A stretch of DNA of 64,000 bases from positions 12,591 to 76,590 of the forward strand of contig DUPV01000032.1 in NCBI GenBank assembly GCA_012838135.1. Direction: 5' to 3'. Shown in pieces: positions 18,565-28,678 of the stretch. Made by a program: the position numbers and the translations under genes. Source of the stretch: Clostridiaceae bacterium (GTDB lineage Bacteria > Bacillota > Clostridia > Saccharofermentanales > DTU023). The notes below the pieces were generated by a model. It ran no database searches and was not told the DNA's origin. It was given only the letters and a program-made list of their open reading frames with translations. Position 1 is the stretch's first letter, and every line of letters begins with the position of its first letter.

Positions 18565-19045
18565 TTGTACCTCCGTAAATAGTGTTTATTAAATAGTGTT
18601 TTATATTACTATAAATAACAATGTTATTTTAGTTTGCTTATTAGAAAAAAATCCATATCTGTAGATTGCAGGGGGGCGTATTTGCTGGATATTTTTTCAA
18701 TTTAATAACACGTAGTGCTGCTGATATCGAAGTGCGAAAAATTGCCTGACAAAAGAAAAATCTCACATGATAATACCCCTAAAGATGAAACACTACGTAG
18801 TTATTATAGCACAAATAATTTGATATTGAATTCTATTGTGTTCAAATTAAACTTAGGTTTGATTGATGTTCTCTTGAGAATTAAAAACAGAATTGTTTTA
18901 ATATGCTAAAATATATTTTAATAATGAAAATTAATTTTGCTATTATAAAGTTTCTTGATTATGGAAACAGGTTTTATCACTAAAGCTTGAGCAGTGTTCC
19001 TTAGTTATATCAGAAATATGAAACATAAAACAAACAATGAACAAT

Positions 19046-20256
19046 ATGAAGAAAAATTTTAAAATTTTACATACTGCAGATTTGCATCTCGGATCTCCTT
19101 TCAGTTTTTTGGAGCCGGCTAAGCAAAAAGTGATGTGTTCAGAACAAGAAAAGGTTTTTTTCAGATAATAAATATATGTCATAAAGAAAGAGTAGATTTT
19201 CTGACAATTGGTGGTGACCTGTTTGATTCAAGTAATCCGGGCAAGCATTTGCTTGATAGAGTTTTTCAAGGTTTTTCAGCAATTCCGCAGGTTAAGATTT
19301 TAATCAATCCGGGAAATCATGATTATTGGCATCAAGCCGGATTTTGGCAATATTTTTCTGATTTACAACATGTGAGTATCTTTGAACCCAAAACAGAATA
19401 TTTTGAATTTCCTGATCAAAAAGTACGATTCTATGGCAAACCGTTTATTAGTCAATCTAGCCCGAGACCTTTGTGGCAAGGAATTGATTTAATGCTGGAT
19501 TCTGCCTATTTCAATATTTTACTTCAACATGGAGACTTGCAGAGTCCAAATTCTGCATCTAACTACAATCCCCTGAATTTATCTTGGTTTGATCGTTGCG
19601 GTTTCGATTTAGTCTTACTGGGGCATGTTCATAAGTCGGATAAGGAAATACTCACTGCGGAGGGCATTCCTTGTTTGTACAGCGGTTGCCCGTGTGGCAG
19701 AGGATTTGATGAAGATGGCAGTAAAGGGATTTTTCTGATTGAGCTTTTAGAAGCTTCGGAAGTAGGACAAATTAGTTTTGTTCCGCTCGCAGGCCCTGAA
19801 TTTTTCAAAATTCGTCTGGATTTAACTCAGATTGATTTTGATACACAATTAGAACTGCAAGAAAAAATTATCGCAGCTTTGGAAAAACGAATTTACGCTT
19901 ATCGAATCAGATCAAATTATGATTGTTGTCAACTCAAATTAGTCGGCTATTTATCACAAAAAGTTAATAAAGAATTATTATTAACAAAATTGAAAAACAT
20001 GTTCTTTTTTGTTGAATTAATAGATGAAACAAAAATAAAGATTAATTTCACCGGCTTAATGGAGGAACATTCATTACGAGGAGATGTTGCGCGTTATGCA
20101 AAAAGACTTGCCACCGGCCCCGATTTATTGAATAAAGTATTAGAGGAAATCGGCTTGGCTGATCTGAACGTTGAACAGGCAAAACAGGTGATTGAGCAGG
20201 GATATTATTTTACGATGCAAGCAGCGGAACAGGATTTGGATATTTATGAAAATTGA
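19046..20256 (+). pseudogene. SbcD/YhaO-like metallophosphoesterase nuclease subunit, split by a frameshift in a T7 run
   Basis: 19046-19168 encodes MKKNFKILHTADLHLGSPFSFLEPAKQ...EKVFFR then a stop (motif I, DxH). The rest of the protein, with GGDLFD, GNHD, QHGD and GHVH, lies in the frame of the 19135..20256 track ORF. One extra T in the run 19155-19161 would fuse the two as ...EKVFFQIINICHKERVDFLTIGGDLFD. Confidence 0.75.
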
Positions 20257-22588
20257 TCAGATATATATTTCGGCTTTTGGCGGTTTAGAAAACGTGGAAA
20301 TCAATTTCAGTCCTGAAATGCAGATTGTTTATGGGATTAACGAAAGTGGAAAAACGACAATCCAGAACTTTATTAAAGCTGTTTTTTATGGTTTTGGTAA
20401 AATTGGTCATTCGGTTGAAACAAATGCTCGAAAAAAATACCGACCTTGGTCGGGTAAAACAATGGGTGGATATATTATTTTTAGTCATCAGGGCTTAACT
20501 TATCGTTTAACGAAGAGATTTGCTGAACGCAAAGCTCAAGATCAAACCCAACTTTTGCTTGAATCAAGCGGTGAGCCGATTAATTTAAAAAATCAGGAGC
20601 AACCGGGACAGGAATTATTTCAAATTTCGGAAACTGAATTTTTAAATACGGTTTTTGTAGATAATCCTCGTGTTGATTCGGAAAATCTATCTGAGCTTGA
20701 CCAAAAAATAAATCGTAAAGTCGGTCTGTCGGAATATGATTGGTCGTACGAAGAGATCAATGCAAGATTGGATAAAGCTCGTAAATACTATAAACCGGAT
20801 CGTGGAGATACAGGATATTTGGCCAGACTTGAACAGAAAACCGACGATTTGAATTTAGAGTTGGAGCAGGCTTTAATCAGAGATCAACAGGTGGCGGATT
20901 TGAATCGGAGTATTGAAGATTTGGAAATCGAGTTAACTGAACTTGCCAATAGGGAAAACTCATTGCTTCTCCAAAATCAACAGCATCAAAAATTAAAATT
21001 AGCAGAACGGTTTGAGAAATATAATAAATTGCAAGATTCATTGAGAAAATATACAGATTTTACTAATGATGTATCTGATGGTGTTTTACGTAATAAACTG
21101 ATTTCAGTTAAAGAATTAACCGATATTGCCAATCAACGTCAACAGACTGCTCAAGCCCAAAGTGAATATGAGATAAGATTTAATTTAGCAGAACAAAGAT
21201 CGGTCGAACAAGAGAATTATCGTAATGAAGCAAAACGAACTGTCTCCGAAATTGTTGCTGAAAGAAGCAGATTACAATATTTGCAACAAAAATCGTCGGA
21301 GCAGAATCCCAAGACATTTAATAAACCGAAGATTTCTTATGCATCTTTTATTCCTCTGATCATAGCAGAATTTGTTTGTCTGATCGGTGGCCTGATTTTT
21401 CGTGTAAATAAACCGGTGTTATCGGGAATTCTGATTGTATTAGCGGTCTTATTACCGTTTATTATGGTTTTTATTTATTATTTTCTACAACGCAGACATG
21501 AAAAGATGCTCAAACAATATCATGAACATATTCGCAAACATGAAATTCGCACATTGAAAATTGAAAACGGATTGCAAAAATTAGAGTGGCAACTTGAACA
21601 AATAGATCAGCGGCTCAAACAGCTGAATATAGATCAGAAAAGAGCTGCCGAAGCAGCAGAATATGCTGAGCAAGAGTATCAAAAAGAATTTACTAAATTG
21701 AAATATCTGATCAAACCATATTTTTCAGAATTGCCTGATGATGATCAGCTCGACCTTGCAATTCAAAGCTTGCGAGAGCAAACCGTTACAGGTATTCATA
21801 ATGAAGAAGAAGTCAAACGGATCAAAGAACAGATGAAAGAACTTAAGGGTTCATATAGTACAACACAATTCTATCAAGCCTATCAAGATGCCCAAAATTG
21901 GTTAACCGAGAAACAAGCCGAATTGAGAACATTTCCTGAATTTTCAGAAAATTATATCGCTTCACAATTAGCCGGAATCCAAGAAAATCGGCTTATATTG
22001 CGGGAAAAATTAGCAACTGAAAAGACGGAGTTAAATCATTTGATGCAAAATCAAATCAATACGATAGAGTTGGAAACTGAGCTTGACAGATTAAATACCG
22101 TATATAAAAAAGCTGAACAAAACTATGCTGCCTTGTTGATGGCGATTCATCTTTTGGAATATAGCAAAGCAAAATTCGAACAAGATGTACGTCCTTTACT
22201 CAATCAAAAAACTGCGGAATATTTATCTGTTATGACCGGTTATCGGTATCAGGATTTGAAAATTGATCAGGATTACATAGTGCGTCTGCAGTCGGATACG
22301 AATGATAATTTGAATTACTATGAGCAAGCATTTTACAGTGCCGGTTTGAATGACCAGATTAACTTGGCTTTGCGTTTGGCACTGACTGAATTATTACAAG
22401 ATAAAGGAGGCAGTATTCCGTTGATTTTGGATGATCCTTTTATTCAGTTAGATCAAAACCGTGCATCTTTATCACTTGAATTGCTGCATGATTTAAGCCA
22501 ACGCCAAAAACGCCAGATTATTTTATTTACCAGTCAAAAATCATTACTTAATATAGCGCGCGAAAAGATGAAACTGATCAATTTATGA
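20246..22588 (+). CDS. SbcC/Rad50-family ATPase, YhaN-like, with a central transmembrane hairpin
   Basis: The sequence from the ATG at 20246 reads MKIDQIYISAFGGLENVEINF...GINESGKTT (Walker A). Long coiled coils follow, then a C-terminal Walker B IPLILDDPFIQLD. The start overlaps the upstream stop by 11 nt. Confidence 0.8.
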   Translation: MKIDQIYISAFGGLENVEINFSPEMQIVYGINESGKTTIQNFIKAVFYGFGKIGHSVETNARKKYRPWSGKTMGGYIIFSHQGLTYRLTKRFAERKAQDQTQLLLESSGEPINLKNQEQPGQELFQISETEFLNTVFVDNPRVDSENLSELDQKINRKVGLSEYDWSYEEINARLDKARKYYKPDRGDTGYLARLEQKTDDLNLELEQALIRDQQVADLNRSIEDLEIELTELANRENSLLLQNQQHQKLKLAERFEKYNKLQDSLRKYTDFTNDVSDGVLRNKLISVKELTDIANQRQQTAQAQSEYEIRFNLAEQRSVEQENYRNEAKRTVSEIVAERSRLQYLQQKSSEQNPKTFNKPKISYASFIPLIIAEFVCLIGGLIFRVNKPVLSGILIVLAVLLPFIMVFIYYFLQRRHEKMLKQYHEHIRKHEIRTLKIENGLQKLEWQLEQIDQRLKQLNIDQKRAAEAAEYAEQEYQKEFTKLKYLIKPYFSELPDDDQLDLAIQSLREQTVTGIHNEEEVKRIKEQMKELKGSYSTTQFYQAYQDAQNWLTEKQAELRTFPEFSENYIASQLAGIQENRLILREKLATEKTELNHLMQNQINTIELETELDRLNTVYKKAEQNYAALLMAIHLLEYSKAKFEQDVRPLLNQKTAEYLSVMTGYRYQDLKIDQDYIVRLQSDTNDNLNYYEQAFYSAGLNDQINLALRLALTELLQDKGGSIPLILDDPFIQLDQNRASLSLELLHDLSQRQKRQIILFTSQKSLLNIAREKMKLINL

Positions 22589-22602
22589 TAACAGTTAAAT
22601 GC

Positions 22603-22631
22603 TTGTCAAGTATATCTATATTTGATATATT
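22603..22631 (+). promoter_or_regulatory. Sigma-A type promoter candidate
   Basis: TTGTCA (22603-22608), a 17-nt spacer, then TATATT (22626-22631), about 110 nt upstream of the CNNM gene. Confidence 0.4.
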
Positions 22632-22740
22632 TCTAACATCTATACAAAAGGTAACAAATCTACTTTTTGCTGATAGAGATGATAGAGAAATAGGTATAAT
22701 TAACATTAAAAGCTCATATATTTAAGGAGGACAAGTCCGA

Positions 22741-24171
22741 GTGGACATAAGTCATTGTTGTACTTCTGTGCAACATATTATTATAAACGCAAACTCTGTA
22801 AGCGATTCAAATTCAGCCAAAGTTATTTTAATTAATGTAATTGTTATTTTTCTTCTAATTATAATCAACGGTTTTTTTGCAGCTTCCGAAATGGCAATAG
22901 TCAGATTAAATGAAACAAAAATACGTGCAAAAGCTGAAGAGGGAGATACCGTTGCAAAAAAATTACTTCCTTTTATTAACAATCAAGGTGGCTTTTTAGC
23001 TACAGTCCAAGTCGGTGTAACATTTGCCGGATTTTTATCCGCTGCTTTTGGCGCAAATCAAATTGCACCGATTATTTACAATTGGGTTGATCCGAGCCAA
23101 GCCAGAGGATATTTGGAAACGATTATTACGGTTGGAATAACCTTAATAATTTCTTGTGTTTCTTTAGTATTAGGTGAATTAGTACCGAAACAAGTCGGTA
23201 TGCGTTATCCGGAAAAATTTGCCAATAGATTCGTTGCAATTTTACGAATATGGGAAATATTAGTAAATCCTTTCGCGAAATTTTTGAATGCTTCTGCCAA
23301 ATTTGTCTGTCGTATGATAGGAATCGATTTAAGCAAAAATGAAGTAGAAGTTACCGAAGAAGAGATAATTTTGATGGCGCGAGCAGGTGGTGAAAGTGGC
23401 GGTATAGATAGCGATGAAGCCAAAATGATATATAACGTTTTTGATTTGGATGATACGGAGGTTTCGGAAATTATGACACCACGTACTGCTATGGTTACTT
23501 TACCTGCTGACTCAACATATAAAGAAGTGATTTTTGTAGCCGCACATGAACGCTATAGCAGAATTCCGGTATATGAAGAAAATGTCGATGATATTATCGG
23601 AATTCTCCATATCAAAGATTTATTGAGAATTACTGAAAATCAAAAAGAAAATTTTGATTTGCGCAAATATTTACGTGAAGCTCATTTTGTACCGGAAGGC
23701 AAATCGATTAATGTGTTATTCCGTGAGATGCAACAACAGAACATCTCACTGGCAATTGTGATTGATGAATATGGCGGAACAGATGGTTTGATTGCTATTG
23801 AAGATATATTAGAAGAAATAGTGGGAGATATAGCAGACGAATATGATGGTGCCGATCACAGTGTTGTCAAAAATCCGGATGGCAGCTATGTCTTAGACGG
23901 TTTGCTTTCACCGGAAGAAGTGGTTGAAAGAGTACCGGAAGTTTCTGAATTAGATGAAGAAGACAGTTTCGATTATGATACTTTGGCCGGTCTGGTACTC
24001 AATAGATTAGAACGTATTCCGGAGCCTTTTGAAAATCCTTCAGTTATTGTAGATCGGTTTAAGTTTACAGTCCTCGAAATGGATGATAAACGAATTGCTC
24101 GTATTAAGCTCGAATTTTTAGATGATGAGCAAGTTGTTCAGGAATCAGAAGAAGATAATAAAAAGGTCTAA
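22741..24171 (+). CDS. CNNM/DUF21 family transporter (DUF21 - CBS pair - CorC_HlyC; 'hemolysin family protein')
   Basis: The GTG start lies 10 nt after AGGAGG. The domain order is a DUF21 membrane domain (INGFFAASEMAIV), a CBS pair (IMTPR...IPVY...IIGILHIKD) and a C-terminal transporter-associated domain. Confidence 0.85.
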   Translation: MDISHCCTSVQHIIINANSVSDSNSAKVILINVIVIFLLIIINGFFAASEMAIVRLNETKIRAKAEEGDTVAKKLLPFINNQGGFLATVQVGVTFAGFLSAAFGANQIAPIIYNWVDPSQARGYLETIITVGITLIISCVSLVLGELVPKQVGMRYPEKFANRFVAILRIWEILVNPFAKFLNASAKFVCRMIGIDLSKNEVEVTEEEIILMARAGGESGGIDSDEAKMIYNVFDLDDTEVSEIMTPRTAMVTLPADSTYKEVIFVAAHERYSRIPVYEENVDDIIGILHIKDLLRITENQKENFDLRKYLREAHFVPEGKSINVLFREMQQQNISLAIVIDEYGGTDGLIAIEDILEEIVGDIADEYDGADHSVVKNPDGSYVLDGLLSPEEVVERVPEVSELDEEDSFDYDTLAGLVLNRLERIPEPFENPSVIVDRFKFTVLEMDDKRIARIKLEFLDDEQVVQESEEDNKKV

Positions 24172-24351
24172 GAAATAAAAATATTGATTCTAAAACAGAT
24201 CAAACTGAAAACACCAAAATTAATAATTGAAAAAGTAACAAAATAAATGAAATGTAACAAAATATGTGTTGATTAAAATGATAATTAAGAGTAAGGTGTT
24301 CAATATTTTAATCGGCATAATTTTTCAGATGAGCAAAATGTAGGTGGACAA

Positions 24352-27168
24352 ATGAACGAAACTTCTAATACACACAATAATTTTCTAGCCGGAGAACATT
24401 ATCAATTATCAAGGGAAACGATAATTGAACGTCTTAATTCTGATCCGGTTACCGGACTTCATTCAACAGAGGCTAAACAGCGTCAGGCAATTTACGGAGC
24501 CAATGAACTGGAAGCTGAACAATCAGTTCCGCTCTGGAAGAAATTGCTCGAACAGTTTAAGGATGTAATGATTATCGTTTTGATTGTTGCAGCAATTATT
24601 TCAGGTATATTGGGTGAGTTAATCGATGCAATCTTAATCATTGCAATTGTTTTGATTAATGCGATTCTTGGCGTTTATCAGGAAGGTAAAGCCGAAAAGG
24701 CAATTGATGCATTGCAAAAAATGGCGGCACCGGAGGCCAGAGTATTGCGTGACGGTGAGCAAACGATGATTAAAGCTGCTGATATCGTACCCGGCGATAT
24801 TGTTATTCTCGAAGCAGGCGATATTGTTCCGGCAGATATCAGACTTTTGGAAAGCAGTAATTTACAAGCGGAAGAAGCTTCTTTAACCGGCGAATCAGTT
24901 CCGGTTGATAAAAATGCTGAATTTACCTGTGATACCGAACTCGGTATCGGTGATCGTTCAAATATGATTTTTTCCAGTACGGCTTTAACTTATGGACGAG
25001 GTCGCGGAATTGTTGTTGAAATTGCTGAAAAAACCGAAGTAGGTAAAATAGCCAAACGTCTTAAAGGTATTGAACAAGAAGCGACCCCTTTGCAGAGAAA
25101 TTTAAATGATTTAGGGAAAATTCTGGCAATCATTTGTTTGGCAGTCTGTGCAATTGTTTTTGTAGTGGGCTTATTCCAAGGTGGTGATTTATTGGAATTA
25201 TTTATGACTGCTGTCAGTTTGGCTGTAGCGGCAATTCCTGAGGGTTTACCGGCAATTGTTACGATCGTATTAGCCTTAGGTATGAATCGAATGGCAAAGA
25301 AAAATGCAATTGTCAAACGTCTGCTGGCTGTTGAAACCTTAGGTAGTGTTGATACAATTTGCTCGGATAAAACCGGTACGCTGACCCAAAACGAAATGAC
25401 GGTGACCAGACTTTATGTTGCGGATAAACTTTATGAAGTTTCCGGAACCGGTTATGAACCTCAGGGCGAGATAATTGAATTCAGTTCGAATCAGGTTGTG
25501 AAACAAAGTTCACCGGAATTGACCAGATTGTTGGAAATAGCGGCTCTGTGCAATGAAGCCAGTTTAATTCGGAAAGAAGATCAAAGTTGGACGATTTTAG
25601 GTGATCCGACCGAGGGTGCATTGCTCACTTTAAGTGCCAAGCTGGATTTTTTACCGGAAATTTTAAAAGAAAAATATCCTCGTCTAGGTGATATGCCTTT
25701 TGATTCAAGTCGTAAAATGATGTCGGTTTTCCATGAAATTGGAGGAGATTATGTTTCATTTACCAAAGGTGCTCCGGATATCGTTCTGGATCGCTGTACT
25801 CACATTTTGACGGAAGCGGGAGTTGCTGAATTAACTGAAACAACTAAAGCAAAGGTCTTGGAGGCGAATTCGGCTTTTGCCAATTCCGCACTCAGAGTTT
25901 TATCTTTTGCTTATAAAATACATCCGGATCATGATTTTTCAAATGCGGAACAAGATATGATTTTTGTCGGTCTTTGCGGTATGATCGATCCGGCACGTCC
26001 GGAAGCCAAGGATGCGATAGCGGTCTGCCATGGTGCCGGTATCAGAGCTGTTATGATTACTGGTGACTACAAAGATACGGCAGTTGCCATAGCAAAAAAT
26101 CTGAATTTAATGCAGGATGGCGATCAGGTTTTAACCGGTGCGGAATTGGAAAAAATGTCTGATGAGGAATTAGAAGCAGTCTGTGATAAGGTAGCGGTAT
26201 ATGCCCGGGTATCACCTGAACATAAGGTGCGCATAGTAGCTGCCTTAAAAGCAAAAACTCATATTGCAGCGATGACAGGTGACGGAGTTAATGACGCTCC
26301 GGCTCTCAAACAATCGGATATCGGAGTTGCAATGGGGATTACCGGTACTGAAGTTGCCAAGAGTTCAGCCGATATGATTTTGACCGATGATAATTTTGCG
26401 ACTATAGTTACGGCAGTTGAAGAAGGCAGAATCATCTACAGCAATATCAGAAAGTTTGTCAGTTTCTTGTTATCGTGTAATGTTGGTGAAATTTTGGTCG
26501 TGTTCATTACCAATTTGGTTTTGGGACCGCAATTTACACCTTTAGCTCCGATCCAATTATTATGGTTAAATTTGGTTACGGACAGTTTTCCGGCTCTGGC
26601 TTTAGGCAGAGAAAAAGGTGAAAAAGATATTATGCTACATCCACCAAGGAAAAAAGATGAGTCAATTATTAATCGAGAAATGATAGCTGCAATAATTACC
26701 CAAGCTCTTGCAATTTTTATTGCAGTATTTTCAGCTTTCCAAATAGGACGTTTCCTATACCCGGATATAATGCTCACAGATCCGACAGTCCAAGCAACAT
26801 CATACAGTTTTATTGCGGCAACAGGTTTTGGTCCGTCACTTGGTGCTCGAACCTTTGCTTTTATTACTTTAATTTTCGCGGAATTATTGAGAGCTTTTTC
26901 CAGTCGTTCAGAACACTATTCGGTATTTCAATTAGGGTTTTTCAGCAATTCGACTATGAACAAATCGGTTCTTATTTCAGCAGCACTGATGATGGTTGTT
27001 GTATATGTACCTTTATTCCAAACATATTTCCATACAATTGCCTTGCAGGGAAGAGATTGGCTGGTGATTGCCGGATTAGCAATCATACCGTTTGTAATCG
27101 GTGAAATCTTCAAACTGATTTATCATAAAGATACCCGTGCTCAAGCCGGCAAAATCAGTAAGGTTTAG
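24352..27168 (+). CDS. P-type Ca2+-transporting ATPase (P2A/YloB-like)
   Basis: TGES (LTGESVPV), phosphorylation site ICSDKTGTLTQNEM, hinge MTGDGVNDAPALK, and ten predicted TM segments. 938 aa. Confidence 0.92.
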   Translation: MNETSNTHNNFLAGEHYQLSRETIIERLNSDPVTGLHSTEAKQRQAIYGANELEAEQSVPLWKKLLEQFKDVMIIVLIVAAIISGILGELIDAILIIAIVLINAILGVYQEGKAEKAIDALQKMAAPEARVLRDGEQTMIKAADIVPGDIVILEAGDIVPADIRLLESSNLQAEEASLTGESVPVDKNAEFTCDTELGIGDRSNMIFSSTALTYGRGRGIVVEIAEKTEVGKIAKRLKGIEQEATPLQRNLNDLGKILAIICLAVCAIVFVVGLFQGGDLLELFMTAVSLAVAAIPEGLPAIVTIVLALGMNRMAKKNAIVKRLLAVETLGSVDTICSDKTGTLTQNEMTVTRLYVADKLYEVSGTGYEPQGEIIEFSSNQVVKQSSPELTRLLEIAALCNEASLIRKEDQSWTILGDPTEGALLTLSAKLDFLPEILKEKYPRLGDMPFDSSRKMMSVFHEIGGDYVSFTKGAPDIVLDRCTHILTEAGVAELTETTKAKVLEANSAFANSALRVLSFAYKIHPDHDFSNAEQDMIFVGLCGMIDPARPEAKDAIAVCHGAGIRAVMITGDYKDTAVAIAKNLNLMQDGDQVLTGAELEKMSDEELEAVCDKVAVYARVSPEHKVRIVAALKAKTHIAAMTGDGVNDAPALKQSDIGVAMGITGTEVAKSSADMILTDDNFATIVTAVEEGRIIYSNIRKFVSFLLSCNVGEILVVFITNLVLGPQFTPLAPIQLLWLNLVTDSFPALALGREKGEKDIMLHPPRKKDESIINREMIAAIITQALAIFIAVFSAFQIGRFLYPDIMLTDPTVQATSYSFIAATGFGPSLGARTFAFITLIFAELLRAFSSRSEHYSVFQLGFFSNSTMNKSVLISAALMMVVVYVPLFQTYFHTIALQGRDWLVIAGLAIIPFVIGEIFKLIYHKDTRAQAGKISKV

Positions 27169-27227
27169 CTAGTATATTTGTGATAAAATATAAACTCATG
27201 AAAAATATTAAGATAAGAGGTTATAAT

Positions 27228-28607
27228 ATGAAAAACAATATTCCTTATAAAATATATCTGAAAGAAAATGAGATTCCTGAATCTTGGTATAATATCCGGG
27301 CAGACATGAAGACCGATCACCGTCCCTTACTTAATCCGGGAACAATGCAACCGATGACGGTGGCAGATTTGAGTCCGGTATTTTGCGAAGAGTTAGCTAA
27401 ACAGGAATTAAATGCAACTGATCGGTATATTCCAATTCCGGAGGAAGTTAGAGATTTTTATAAAATGTTCAGACCTTCTCCACTGATTAGAGCTTACTTC
27501 CTGGAAGATGTTTTAGATACTCCGGCCGAAATTTATTATAAATATGAAGGTGGCAATACTTCAGGCAGTCATAAGTTGAATTCGGCAATTGCTCAAGCGT
27601 ATTATGCCAAAGAACAAGGCTTAAAAGGTGTTACTACTGAAACCGGTGCCGGTCAATGGGGAACAGCTTTAGCGATGGCTTGCGGTTACTTTGATTTGGA
27701 TTGCAAAGTATATATGGTCAGAGTATCAGCCGAGCAGAAACCGGATCGAGTTGCGATCATGCAAACCTATAATGCTGATGTTACCATGTCGCCGTCGGAT
27801 ACGACCGAGGTTGGCAGAAAAATGTTACTAGATCCGGCCAATCGCAATGGCAGCCTAGGTACTGCAATTTCGGAAGCAGTGGAATATGCCGTTTCGAATG
27901 AAGGTTATCGCTATACTTTAGGTTCGGTATTAAACCAAGTTTTAATCCACCAGAGCATTATCGGTTTGGAAAGTAAATTAGCGATGGAGAAAATTGATCG
28001 TTATCCGGATATCGTAATTGGTTGTGCGGGCGGCGGTTCCAATCTGGGCGGTTTGATGAGCGCATTTATGGCAGATCGTCTTGCCGGCAAACAATCTCCT
28101 TATTTTATAGCGGTTGAACCTGCTTCTTGTCCCAGTATGACCCGCGGCAAATTTGCTTATGATTTTTGTGATACGGGTCAGGTGACTCCTTTGGCCAAAA
28201 TGTATACTTTGGGTCACGGTTTTATTCCTCCCGCATCGCATGCAGGCGGCTTGCGTTTTCACGGGATGAGTCCGATTCTCTCACAATTGTATCATGACGG
28301 CCATCTGGATGAAGCAAGAAGTGTTACTCAAAAAGAAATTTTTGAAGTTGCCAGCCTCTTTGCTAAAGTTGAAGGTACACTTCCGGCGCCCGAATCCGCT
28401 CATGCAATTAAAGCAGCGATTGATGAAGCTCTGAGATGCAAAGAAACCGGTGAGAAGAAAGTAATTCTGTTCGGTTTAACCGGTACCGGATATTTTGATA
28501 TGTCTGCATATCGACGTTATCGGGAAAATGATCTGGATGATACTCCGCCGACGGATGAATCGATTGCTAAAGGTTTGGCGAACTTACCGGCTCAACCGAA
28601 TTTCTAA
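27228..28607 (+). CDS. TrpB-like PLP-dependent enzyme (tryptophan synthase beta, TrpB2 type)
   Basis: The sequence from the ATG at 27228 reads MKNNIPYKIYLKENEIPESWYNI. PLP-lysine motif GSHKLNSA and glycine loop CAGGGSNLGG are present. The RBS AGAGG favours 27228 over the track start. Confidence 0.85.
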   Translation: MKNNIPYKIYLKENEIPESWYNIRADMKTDHRPLLNPGTMQPMTVADLSPVFCEELAKQELNATDRYIPIPEEVRDFYKMFRPSPLIRAYFLEDVLDTPAEIYYKYEGGNTSGSHKLNSAIAQAYYAKEQGLKGVTTETGAGQWGTALAMACGYFDLDCKVYMVRVSAEQKPDRVAIMQTYNADVTMSPSDTTEVGRKMLLDPANRNGSLGTAISEAVEYAVSNEGYRYTLGSVLNQVLIHQSIIGLESKLAMEKIDRYPDIVIGCAGGGSNLGGLMSAFMADRLAGKQSPYFIAVEPASCPSMTRGKFAYDFCDTGQVTPLAKMYTLGHGFIPPASHAGGLRFHGMSPILSQLYHDGHLDEARSVTQKEIFEVASLFAKVEGTLPAPESAHAIKAAIDEALRCKETGEKKVILFGLTGTGYFDMSAYRRYRENDLDDTPPTDESIAKGLANLPAQPNF

Positions 28608-28678
28608 AACATAGGAATTGATTGTGGAGGTTTGGTGACCTGGAGTTTAACCATATTTCTAAAAAATATAAAAATAAA

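Noticed and set aside
18715-18909. 64-aa ORF in the tkt / sbcD-like divergent intergenic region, plus 18943..19182 on the minus strand
   Set aside because: The first has a GTG start with no RBS and an AT-rich low-complexity translation. The second overlaps the true N-terminus of the SbcD-like gene on the opposite strand.
19046-22588. The nuclease plus coiled-coil ATPase pair as an anti-phage defence system (Lamassu- or Gabija-like)
   Set aside because: The motif order and gene pairing match the conserved housekeeping YhaO/YhaN (SbcD/SbcC-like) pair of Firmicutes. The flanks are housekeeping genes, and no additional defence-type genes are adjacent.
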